64,000 nucleotides of DNA from Octopus vulgaris (lineage: Eukaryota), in contig OX597826.1 of NCBI GenBank assembly GCA_951406725.2, positions 45,446,001 to 45,510,000 on the forward strand, written 5' to 3'. Shown piece after piece: positions 52,506-64,000 of this stretch. The notes below the pieces were generated by a model, which saw only the letters and a list, made by a program, of their open reading frames with translations, was not told the origin of the DNA and did not search any database. The position numbers were made by a program, and so were the translations under genes. Every line of letters starts with the position of its first letter. Position 1 is the stretch's first letter.

Positions 52506-52966
52506 TTGAAAGCCACTCCATACATTTATTTCACATACGCGTAGTGTGTGTTTGTATATATATATACGCGTGTTTGTGGCTAAGTGTACGTGTACGCACT
52601 TTTGGAAATACCATGGAAACAATACCTGAATTCTTAAACAAAACAGAATGCTTTCACCGTTCTTATTCTTTCAATAGAAATAACATGGTTTTGGAATTGA
52701 CGATTTATACTCCGAGTACTTTATTGTAAATCTACTTTTCGGTGTTCCTCCAAGTAACTGGGTTCAGAAAGTTTGTGAATTGCACACACGTGTTTATACA
52801 TACATACATACATACATACATACATACATACGTACATACATACATACATACATACATGCATACATACATACATACATGCATACATACCGGGGTAAGCACA
52901 TAAATGTGAAACAAAGTGGAAAAAAGTACTCAAATACCAGAGGTAGAGTAATACATACATACATAC

Positions 52967-53005
<39 letters not shown>

Positions 53006-53101
53006 ATATATATATATACATATATATAAATATATATGTATATAATATATATATATATATGCATATATATAAATATATATGCATTTATGTGTATATAAAC
53101 G

Positions 53102-53183
<82 letters not shown>

Positions 53184-53686
53184 CGCGTGTGTGTGTGTGT
53201 GTGTGCATATATGTGTTGAAATGCAAAGACTTTTATGCAGCTTTATAAATCAAGCACAGTTATAAACTGGGGGATTAAGGAAGATAAGAAAAACGGAACA
53301 AAATCGAAATTCAGTAGAACTTGCGATGACTTAATAAATATAATACAAACAGAACATTGTATTTAAGAGAGATCATCCCTCCTTACGTTTTACTACAGGT
53401 AACATACAGAAAATCCAACATCAAACAGTTGTCAGTTCCTAATGAAAAGATACCGTTTTAAAATGAAAGTAAAATAAAGAGAGCTTTCGAGATTACGTGT
53501 TTTCTTCAAAAGTTAGGATTCTAATAAAAAGATTATCTTCAGAACATGGAAATAGTAATTTTATTAATTCGTAATCTCTTTGTTTCTTCTACTCAGAAAA
53601 ACCAAAGAAAAGTTGTACTTCACGTAGTACATACATGCATACATGCATGCATACATACATACATACAGTGTGTGTGTGTGTGTATG

Positions 53687-53734
<48 letters not shown>

Positions 53735-54365
53735 TGTGAATACATATATGTGTGTGTATATATATATATGTATGTATGTATGTGAATACTGTGAATACAT
53801 ATATGTGTGTGTGTGTATGTATATATATATGTGTGTGTGTGTCTGAGTACACATGCGCGTGTATGTGTGATTGTGTGTGTTGATATTTACTGTCAGACTT
53901 TGATGGTTTTTCTCTGATTTTGTTTTGTTTTAATATTTTCTAGTAGTTGTTACCATAATTTTTTCTATTTTCGTGTGTGTCAGTGTGAAGTGTCAGAAAG
54001 GACATTATATATATTTTCCCACGGGGTTTGTGGAAAGAAAACTACAAAAAAATAAAAAAAAAACCGCGAAAGAAAGAAACAAGATTTTGATGCCCTATAT
54101 ATCAGTAAGAAAAGAAACAAAAGTAAAAACCAGGTTAAAGTATGAATGGCTACAATGTTCTGGAATTCTTGATATATTGACGGCTTCTTATAGATGCTAC
54201 CAAACTCAAATTCCTAACATAGACAATGGAGATGTGGTCACAAGTCGTATAGCTTTATTAACCCTACACTGGATCGTAGTGTTCCGCTCTCGATCTGTAT
54301 TGCCAATCTTTCGTGGTTCATAACGAAAACATTATTACTGATATTATAATTCTGGTTGCTTTTAC

Positions 54366-54399
<34 letters not shown>

Positions 54400-54464
54400 T
54401 GAAAGGTAGCAAGCTGGTAGAATGGTTAGCAGTATTTCGTCCGTCGTTATTTCATTGAATATAT

Positions 54465-54558
<94 letters not shown>

Positions 54559-54559
<1 letters not shown>

Positions 54560-54630
54560 GTTCCCTGGTATAGTGGTTATAACATCTGCTTAGCACGCAG
54601 AAGGTCGTGAGTTGGAAACTAGCTGGAACC
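54559..54630 (+). pseudogene. tRNA-Val-like pseudogene or SINE head, anticodon now AGC
   Basis: Acceptor stem GGTTCC..GGAACC, D-loop tagtggtta and anticodon arm tctgc-tt-AGC-ac-gcaga. The T-loop is damaged (GTTGGAA), and a retroposon-type tail ggcggtgccccagcatggccacagc follows. Confidence 0.75.
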
Positions 54631-54741
54631 TACAAATTTCTTTGAATGGCGGTGCCCCAGCATGGCCACAGCTCGTGAGCTAAAACTAGATGAAAATGAA
54701 ATGAAAAAAAATATGTGTGTGTGTGTATGTATGTATGTATG

Positions 54742-54772
<31 letters not shown>

Positions 54773-54773
54773 G

Positions 54774-54847
<74 letters not shown>

Positions 54848-55123
54848 AAGGTTTGGAGATGATGTACAAGTATTATATATTAGAAGAAATAATGTACTAA
54901 AAATTTGGATGGTTTTATATTTACAGATATAAAACCATCCATATTTCTGAATAGGTTAAGTACTAGGCTTACAAAGAATAAATCCTGCGGTCGATTTGCT
55001 CGACTAAAGAAGACAGTGCTCCAGCATGGACACGGTCAAATGACTGAAACAAGTAAAAGAGTAAAAGAGTATATATATATTCTTTTTGCAAGATTCTTGA
55101 TGTGAATTCTTGTGTTGAAACAG

Positions 55124-55411
55124 ATATTGCTGTATTAGGGGATGGTCATGTTGCCAGTTTAGCCAACTATATATTTGCTGTTCACTTGCTTAAGCTTTAT
55201 TTTATATTAATTGTATTTCGGCCAGAGTTCTTTCGTCAGAAAAGAAAGAAGAAAGCAAAGGATCACTGATGATATCACGAAAGTGAGACGAAAGAACTCT
55301 GGCCGAAATACAATTAATATAAAATAAAGCTGAAGCAAGCGAACAACAAATATATAGAGCGTATGTCTTCATTGACTCAACTGGCAACATGACCTCCCCA
55401 AATACAACAAT

Positions 55412-55413
<2 letters not shown>
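55124..55413. mobile_element. Fold-back element containing a degenerate hammerhead-like motif
   Basis: 55124-55237 is the reverse complement of 55287-55413, with the inner ~44 bp perfect. The spacer carries CTGATGA..tcac-gaaa-gtga..GAAA. Confidence 0.8.
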
Positions 55414-55467
<54 letters not shown>

Positions 55468-55708
55468 CAAATAAGAAAATGGAGGAGAACAATAGGTGGT
55501 TCATCAACTTTTTTTATTTATTAAACTGATAATATAAGTATTCTTAGGTGTGATAGGTATGTCCTTCAGTGACGAGTCCATCTTTATCAACTCCATTTTT
55601 CTAACAGTATTCATTTTGAGGGTCTATCATACCATACTCAAATGTACTGACTCTCATCAGCAATATTCTAAATAATGCATAGATAGCTTATATACATACA
55701 ATTATTAG

Positions 55709-55759
<51 letters not shown>

Positions 55760-55778
55760 CATACATTTATATATATAT

Positions 55779-55870
<92 letters not shown>

Positions 55871-56482
55871 GTATTTGAACGAATAATTTGTTGAGATTCC
55901 TGTTCATCCTGATGAAGGGGTCATTGCCGCGCTCCACCTGAAAACTCGTAATCGAACTACGGCAGTGAACTCCCGAAATAGCCATAGATGTGTTTGACTT
56001 GATTTTGTGGACTCCAACCTAACATGGTTTTCATGAAAGGAACCGTTTTGACATATATTTTTTTGCTTGATGGGAGTAAGAAAAATCTTTTTAGACAATT
56101 GATATTTTATTTTATTTAGATTTTTAGTCGCATGACACGCTTCAGAATTTTTTGTCGACTGTATATACCTTCTTGATAGGCCGTTCTATTTATCTATTTT
56201 TATTTGCATATATATTTTTTACCTTCTGTTTTTATATATATATGTATTCTTTATTTGTTGAAAGGTGATGGTAATATTTATATATGATCAAATGTTTGGG
56301 GGCGTGGTGTTATGTATAAAGTCGTTGCCTCGAATTTGATGTTTGTTCTCTGATCAATGTTTTTTCTTATCTGTCTCAATTACATTTGAGCATTTCTTTT
56401 TTGCAGTCTTACAAAACCTTTTGTCTCCATAAAACAGAAGCAAAAATTATCTCTTTTCTTATATGTATATGTGTGTGTATAC

Positions 56483-56530
<48 letters not shown>

Positions 56531-57090
56531 CTGTGTATATGAATGGTGTGTATGTGTATATATGCATATATATATATATATGCAAATATACAAACATATA
56601 TACATACACACATACACACACGCACATACACACGTGCATACGCACACACACACGCATACACACAAGTAGATATATAGACATGTACAACACTGACTTTCCA
56701 GAGACTGATGCTCCAAAGACTCTTATAACCGGCACTAATTTTCGAGGAGAAACTTCAAATTCCCGCCGCCGCGCTATCCTAAGCAGACTTATGCCTTACA
56801 TTTTACTGTGTTGATCATTTATACTAATGTATGGGCACATGTGTTTAATTCACTTACTTATGTAAATTTAATATTTGTTCAATTTAGAGTATGACTACCC
56901 CTAATTCAGAAACAATCAGTAACCGTGAATGGACTGGAAGACAAATGTACTAGAAAGTCGATACTCGTTTTGTATATACGTATGTACTTATGTATGCTTA
57001 TACATACACGTAAACATATACATGCATACCTGCATATATGTGAGCGCGCGCATATTTGTTTGTGTGTGTGTGTATGCGCGCGTGCAGATA

Positions 57091-57971
57091 CAAGGGGGTG
57101 CTCAAAATAATCCGGAATTTTGCAATATCATTTCATTCAGTTAGTTTTATATACTTATACTTTTATCGCCTTCAAAGTATTCTTCATTTGAAGCAGTTTT
57201 CCACTGTTCGAAGCAGTGCTGGAACTCTGGTGAAATGACGCCTTTTAACGTCCCCGTCGATTTTTTTTTTTTCCTTCCACATCTGCAAATTCCGTAGCAT
57301 CAGCTTTCATGACCAGTGATGACCTTCGAAAAAAAGGCCCGGATCAACTTCTAACTGTTCTTTCAGTTCACGACATGCATTCAGTCGTGACTGTCTTTCA
57401 TCTTCCGTCAGGCGAAAATTTTGCTGCAACTCTTTTCACTTGCAATTCCTCGCTCAAAAATCGTTGGCAGGAGTTCCAGGACACACCAGTCATATCAACA
57501 CGTTTGCAAATTTTTCAGCGGCGGTCCTCCATGATCAGTTCATGAATTTTCCTGATGTTTTAATTCCTATGAGAGGTCGACGATCGTCCTGAACAAGGTT
57601 GGTCCTCAAGCGACAAGTGACCATGCCTACAGCGTGGAAACCACTAGTAAATTTCTGTTTTTCTTATACCAGCGTCCTTATAAGCTGTTTGAAGCACGAT
57701 AACGGCTTCGGTCGCTGTTTTCCCCAGCACCAAACAGAATTTCACAGAAGCACGCTGTTTCTTCGTTTCAGCCATCGCAAAAAATCGACGAACAAGAAAG
57801 AAGCACTGCAAAACAAAGACGTACCAACTGGAAGTATTATTCCCACTATACAACGCCTGTCGGCAGTCTGATGCCTGAGGATTGCATCAAGTGAGTTCTA
57901 GCGGCGGAAGCCCGAGATACAGCGAGCTTGTCCAACAGAAAATGTTTCCGTTTACATTTGTGTACCCCCTG
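57091..57971 (-). mobile_element. Decayed mariner transposon, internally deleted
   Basis: TA-caagggggtgctcaaaataatccggaa / ttccgtttacatttgtgtaccccctg-TA. Minus strand reads MAETKKQRASVKFCLVLGKTATEAVIVLQTAYKD. Confidence 0.85.
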
Positions 57972-57992
57972 TAGCTAGCTAGCTTGCTAGCT

Positions 57993-58083
<91 letters not shown>

Positions 58084-58096
58084 CAGACAGAAAGAC

Positions 58097-58149
<53 letters not shown>

Positions 58150-58366
58150 CGAGGGAATGATGAAAGGTTCCTGGTTTTAAGGATCTCACAAAAAGCCTAG
58201 TTGGAGGCCTACCCTTCTGAGTTCTTTTACAAGGCTTAGGAAAAATGAAGGACTGCTGCAGTAAGTATGTGAATCTAAGAGGGGTATATGTTAAATAAAA
58301 TCAAAATTAACTGATCCTCCTGTATTTTCTTTGACCCAAAGCCAGGATCTTTTCAGCACCCCCTCG
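58150..58366 (+). mobile_element. Mariner-derived MITE (217 bp)
   Basis: TA-cgagggaatgatgaaaggttcctgg / ccaggatcttttcagcaccccctcg-TA. The interior retains a transposase C-terminus-like SKYVNLRGVYVK*. Confidence 0.8.
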
Positions 58367-59692
58367 TACACATATCATTTTAAATTAGAATCTCAAGCTT
58401 CTTCACTCAATACACTGAGTTTTCTGTTACCGCTTATTAAAAGAATCGTACAAGAGAAGAAGCGAGTGAAGGAAGCAAAAATTTTTCTTCACGATAGCAG
58501 TAAGAAAAGAACTTTACAAAAAAAAAGATGCGCCACACATTTACGTATTGTGTTGTTATACAGAGAACAAATGATATCTTCAGCCATTCGTGTGATAGTT
58601 TGATGCTTTCAATACCATATGTGTAAAGTATTTGAGAAAGACAACTAATTAGATGAATATATGAGGAATTTTCTAACGTGCTTTTAGTGCAGCCAATGAA
58701 ATGTCCATGACTAAGCATTTTTCTTGTGTGTGTGTGCGTATGTGTGTACGCGTGCACCTGTGTGTTTTCGAATATTCTTTCTCATAAAATGTCACGTTGC
58801 TTTTCTTCCTCAATTGTTCAAATAACTCCAATGTAGAAAGTTAGAGGAACGATTCAAGAAGCTGCAGCAGCTACGAATACAAAGAAATACCAATTCCTCT
58901 TCATATTTACTTTCTTCTTTGGACTGACGAACGTTCTTTTCTACATTGATAAAGATAAATCTTCACCAGTATATATACTTACCTACCTACCTACCAACCT
59001 ATCTACCTATCTACCTACCGAATACACACACACACAAACACACACACACACACACACACACATACACACATATTGTGTGAATGTGTGTGTGTTGTTAGTG
59101 AGTGTTGCTGACCTCATAAGAATTTATAAACTTTCGAGAGAACGCTAATTAATACTTTTAAAAAAAAATACCGCATCCCAATCATATACAGATACAAATA
59201 ATAGCACATAAATATTAAGTTTAAAAACCCCTTCTGGGTAGAAGCTTTCGAATTCTTCTATCCAACAGGGATTGCTTTTTGTGCTTCAAGATCTACTGCT
59301 CCAAAATATGTACGTACGTATATACAAATGTGTGTGTGTGTGTAGGGTTGTTCGTAGTACTTGTATGTATAAATATATGTATGTTATATGTAATGTAAGC
59401 TTTCTGTCACTTAGAAACAAGTTCGATAAGGTAGCTTGAACTAAGCTCCAGCTAATAATTTTAGACCCTTATGAAGTTGTGAATAAAAAGAGATAATTTC
59501 TCGGTTCTTACTACCTTTATCCAGGGGAAAATCAGGAGTATAACAGCTGGAGGGAAAAGAGGCCTATGCCTACACATAACTGGTATCCTCTTTCAGCTGA
59601 GTAAAGAGGAGGAAAGTGAAATTACAAGCCTTACTCAAGGACAAAGCGGGTCAAGTTATCAAACACACGACCTTATGATTGTGAAACCTTAA

Positions 59693-60140
59693 TCTATACA
59701 TATAAAGCTGAAGTTGTCTCTGTGTGTGTGTGTGTGTGGCATGTTTGGTAGCCTTCAATTAACACTATCTCCTCCGAGGCCCTGCGGCGCAAGTTGATCA
59801 AAATTGAGAGTATGATAGAAGGCTTGCTCTTCACACCGTAGAAGAAAAGATTCAAATCGGACCATGTTAAGACCAAAAATTATTTACATCAAAAAAGGGG
59901 CTTTTATTTCTAAGAAAATCCCTATATTTTATGATATTTTGACTGCCATGTCACCATTTTTCGGTGTATTTCAACCAGAAAAATGTTCACTTAAAGAGAA
60001 TAACAAGCTACATAATGCAAAACGTTTACTTTTCAAAAAAGATTGAAACTATGTAAAAACTTTGTTAACGCGACATCAAAGTCTGCCGTTTTAAGCGCAA
60101 CTAAAAAACAAACCCGAGCAACGCCGGGCTATACTGCTAG
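59693..60140 (+). mobile_element. Non-autonomous Helitron, second copy
   Basis: A|TC start, hairpin cccgagcaacgccggg and CTAG|T end; colinear with 33739-34130 but with an extra ~45 bp near the 3' end. Confidence 0.85.
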
Positions 60141-60179
60141 TTCTATCAATAAGGCAACGCACTGTCTCCAGTATGCATA

Positions 60180-60331
60180 TACAAGTGCACGCATAGCTGT
60201 GTTAAGAAGTTCGCTTTACAAGCTCGAGGTTTCCAGTTCAGTCTCACTGCAAAGCACCTTGACAAAGTGTTTTCTAGTACAGCCCCGAACCAACTAATGT
60301 CTTATGAGTGAACTTGATAGACGGAGACATC

Positions 60332-60387
<56 letters not shown>

Positions 60388-60610
60388 GTATATATATATA
60401 TATATACGGATGTATATCTCTGTGTCTATATTTCTCCCCACCCTTAACACTGCTTGAAACCCGATGTTGGTTAGATTATGTCTTCGTATGTCGCTAATTC
60501 TGTATAGAGATCGATAGAATAAATGCGAGGCTTCAAAAATTACTGGCATCGATTTCTTCGAATAAACCCTTCCACGAGTTGTCCCAGAATGGTCTCAGTC
60601 CAAGAAGAAA
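60180..60610 (+). mobile_element. Group B SINE (old)
   Basis: Degenerate head ccagttcagtctcactgc..gcaccttgacaaagtgt, internal (TA)n and tail. Confidence 0.65.
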
Positions 60611-60855
60611 AAAAAGGGAAATATACCTGTGTTGTGTGTGTGTTTTTGAATGTTCATGCGTGTATGTGAGTGTGTGTGAATGTATGTGCGTATGCACGCG
60701 CGCTTTTGTGTATGGTGTGTGTGTGTATGTGTGTGTGTGTATGTGTGTGTGTGTATGTGTGTGTGTGCAAAGCGATTTTAATAGCGTTTAGAATACGAAA
60801 AGCAAACTAAGCTGTTTGTAAAGATATTCTCAATACATATATCCATATATATACA

Positions 60856-60936
<81 letters not shown>

Positions 60937-60947
60937 CTATATATACA

Positions 60948-61000
<53 letters not shown>

Positions 61001-61824
61001 CCTGCAAGTTAATGCCATTATCAGGTAAAACACCTTGATGTTATTTATGAATCTCTGCTCTTAAACATATATTATTCTTGGTTATTGCTTGTTTCTAATC
61101 TAGGGGTCATTATTATCAGGATCGTTTGCAAAAGGTTATAATAATATCTCGATAACACTAAAACCCGTGTGACATTTAACGAAATCTACTCCAGTTTCCA
61201 ACCAACGGTATCGTATCAAGCATGATTGATAGTTTTCTACGCCGTATTAGATGAGGAGAAAGTTTCGTTTTCTCGGCCAAAACGCTTTTTATATCGCATG
61301 TTTTACTGTCACTGAACATCACTTTTCTCTCTTAACTCGATAAGAAAATGGGGGAAGGAATACTTTGACTCTAAGGTAAAACACCAAGCTTCCAAGTTAA
61401 GAACATACGTTAGTGTTATAATTGGAAGTTACTGCGTTTAGTATGAAAAACACTCTACAAATTAGAGTGCGATAAGAAACATAATATAAACGTACTATTC
61501 GGTTATTAACATTATTATAATCCTATAATTTTTCGGTAAGGACAGGAGAAACCACTTCCTTAATTGTTGGTGTTATTCTCATCTCTTGGGGAATAAACGC
61601 CTTCACTGTACTTCAAGAAAACGAAACGAATTAATTATTGGATAAACATTTCCATTTACGTAAGCAAATAGAACTTATTATAATTATTTATGTAGTTGCG
61701 TAACTCTTATACGATTTTCCAAAATATCACGAAACTCGTACCGATGATTTACGGACAAACAGCTAATACACAAATTTTCATAACACATTCAGTGAAAGAA
61801 GAAGTGGTTTAGAAAATTTATTAG

Positions 61825-61861
<37 letters not shown>

Positions 61862-61867
61862 AAAAAA

Positions 61868-62430
61868 CTGGTACTCCGTCGGTTACCACGATGAGGGTTC
61901 CGGTTGATCCGACCAACGGAACAGCTTGCTCGTGAAATTAACGTGCAAGTGTCTTAGCACTCCACAGACATGCGTACCCATAACGTAGTTCTCAGGGAGA
62001 TTCAGCGTGACACAGAATGTGACAAGAAGACCCTTTGAAATACAGCCACTACTCATTTTTTGCCAGCTGAGTGAGCTGGAGCAACGTGAAATAAAGTGGC
62101 TTGCTCAAGCACACAACGCGTCACCGGAAATTGATCACACGACCTTATGATCGTGAGCCGAACACCCTAACCCCTATATATGTATGTGAATGCACGTCTA
62201 TGCGTACGTGTGACTGTATGTGGGTTCGCGGTTTCCCCCACCCTCGCTTTAAAACTGGTGTTAGTTTGTTTACGTCCACGTAACATAATGTCTCGGCAAA
62301 AAAAAGCCGGTAGACTAAACAGAAAACTTTAAAAGTATGTACAGGGGTTCGACATTAATGGACTAAACCTTTCAATACGGTGTCCCAACCTGGCTGCAGG
62401 TCAATGATTGAAAGAATGAAAAAAAATGAT
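61868..62430. mobile_element. SINE composite: group A-type tail and tRNA head (minus), then group B tail (plus)
   Basis: 61870-62040 is the reverse complement of ~10870-11042; 62220-62420 resembles the group B 3' half. Confidence 0.7.
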
Positions 62431-62479
62431 AGAAGATAAGAAAGCCTAGCTATGAGAAGAATACAAGAATGCAAGCATT

Positions 62480-63170
62480 TCCTTCTATGCTTTTTCCCAA
62501 CGCATCATTTCACGTTTGTTTATAGCTCTTCAGAGTAATCGTATCCAATTGATGGCATTGTGTATTACCTCCCGTACAGTATCCATCACAGTCCTAGCAA
62601 TATATTGGATACTGTAATTCACGCTGTAATGTGTATTAAATATATATTGCTGACCTAAGGACCAGCTGTGTAAAACACAAATGCACAAATTGTGCTACAG
62701 GAACCAGAATAAGAGAACGGATATTATCTACCGGCGTGAATCATCTAATCACCTAACGCAGTCTGGAAAGAAATACAGCCAACAGATGAAAAGGCTATTT
62801 ATTGGATATGTCTGAAGCGGTTCGTGGACCCTGGGTAGGCACGTAATGTATAGGAGTGAGGTAGGTACCTGTTTGCCTATATTGTTCAATTGGAGCAGTA
62901 TTTGAAATCTGCTGATGTTCCCGAGATTGAGGACTTAAAATCGAATGTCGACGGCTAAATACCAGTCAGTTGATCCAGTAGATAACATGTCAGTTCAGTT
63001 CGCTGTAAAATGAGAAGAAGGCCCCAGAACGGTTTGTTTTCTTTTTTTTACTGCCGTCTAGTATACAGATCGTTTGCTTGGCATCACTTGCAAAAGCAAC
63101 CTGCTGACAAGTCTCCAGCATAGAGGCTGCTTATGGACTTACTGTTATATGTAGTAGCTGAACACTCTAT
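62480..63170 (+). pseudogene. Possible very old RTE-like LINE 3' remnant
   Basis: Weak motif WVGT/GH-like (tgggtaggcacgta) recalling LRWxGHV; otherwise scrambled. Confidence 0.3.
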
Positions 63171-63655
63171 GATATCGATTGTGGAATGAAATTTGGTAGT
63201 TTTCTCTGAGGATTACTAAACAAATAGTTAAACGGTCAGTTAAGAGACTTTCCTCCTTATTTCACACAGTAAAAGCACTAAAGAAATATTCTTGCAACAT
63301 ATTTTTGTCATCGCTAATGATTTTCTAGTGCTTACAATTTATTTAAGTACTCCTAACTCACGTTGTGTTCTGCATAAAGTATATATTATTCATATCATGA
63401 CTAATTATTTTCAGAATGCTGAAAAGCATATGTTTATTAAATAAGTTATTTTATCAAGTTTCTTAATTACCGTGAATTTATTCTTTCCTGTTCTACACAT
63501 TAATTCTTAAATGGATATCTTTCCGTTTGTCTTTTTTTTTGCGTGTGAGTGTGAGACTCATTAATCATTACTCCGCCAAGTATAGGTAAGCTATGTTCCC
63601 TAGGGTAAACAAAACTAGGAGCCAGTATGTGACTAGAGTTCTCCTGTACTTTCCA

Positions 63656-63738
<83 letters not shown>

Positions 63739-63769
63739 TGATGATGATGATGGTGGTGATGATGATGAT

Positions 63770-64000
63770 GATTTCAAATGTTGCCACAAGGGCAGCAATT
63801 TTGGGAGAGGGGATGAGTCGATTAAATCGACCCCAATGTTTAACTGGTAGTTATTTTATCGACCTCGTAAGGATGATGAAAGGTAAGGCGGCGAGCTGGC
63901 AGAAACGTTGGCACGCCGGGCGAAATGCTTAGCGGTATTTCGTCTGCCGTTACGTTCTGAGTTCAAATTCCGCCGAGGTCGACTTTGCCTTTCATCCTTT
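63770..64000. mobile_element. Group C SINEs: a minus-strand 3' part, then a well-preserved plus-strand copy running off the window
   Basis: aaggcggcgagctggcagaaacgttggcacgccgggcg..gagttcaaattccgccgaggtcgactttgcc from ~63886. Confidence 0.88.

Noticed and set aside
54559-54630. Functional tRNA-Ala(AGC)
   Set aside because: Val-type body, no G3:U70, mutated T-loop/B-box, mismatched T-stem and an attached retroposon tail.
57091-58366. One single 1.27-kb mariner element
   Set aside because: The TIRs pair better as two elements (57091-57971 and 58150-58366) in opposite orientations, separated by (GATA)n.

Overview
AT-rich, microsatellite-dense animal genomic DNA, either intergenic or deep intronic. 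It is most likely from an octopus; this is inferred from recalled octopus-type tRNA-derived SINEs and the extreme (TA)n/(CA)n/(TAGA)n/(TACA)n density, not from a search. I can support no intact protein-coding gene, and almost all listed ORFs are translations of simple repeats. The window is a transposon graveyard: three abundant tRNA-derived SINE groups (called A, B and C here), decayed Tc1/mariner elements (one DD37D/maT-like, one Tc1, several mariner), two non-autonomous Helitrons, LINE remnants (L1/Tx1-like, R4-like, RTE-like) and a tRNA-Val-like retro-copy. The most notable observations are: (1) a complete 458-bp mini LTR retrotransposon (TRIM) with tRNA-Ser PBS, PPT and 5-bp TSD, nested in a SINE; (2) a SINE flanked by a 156-bp direct repeat that looks like a giant target-site duplication; (3) a minimal type I hammerhead ribozyme motif plus degenerate relatives, some inside long fold-back elements suggestive of Penelope-like pseudo-LTRs; (4) a 667-bp unit with identical 115-bp direct repeats inside a (TA)n tract. 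All alignments and folds were done by eye, and boundaries of decayed repeats are approximate.
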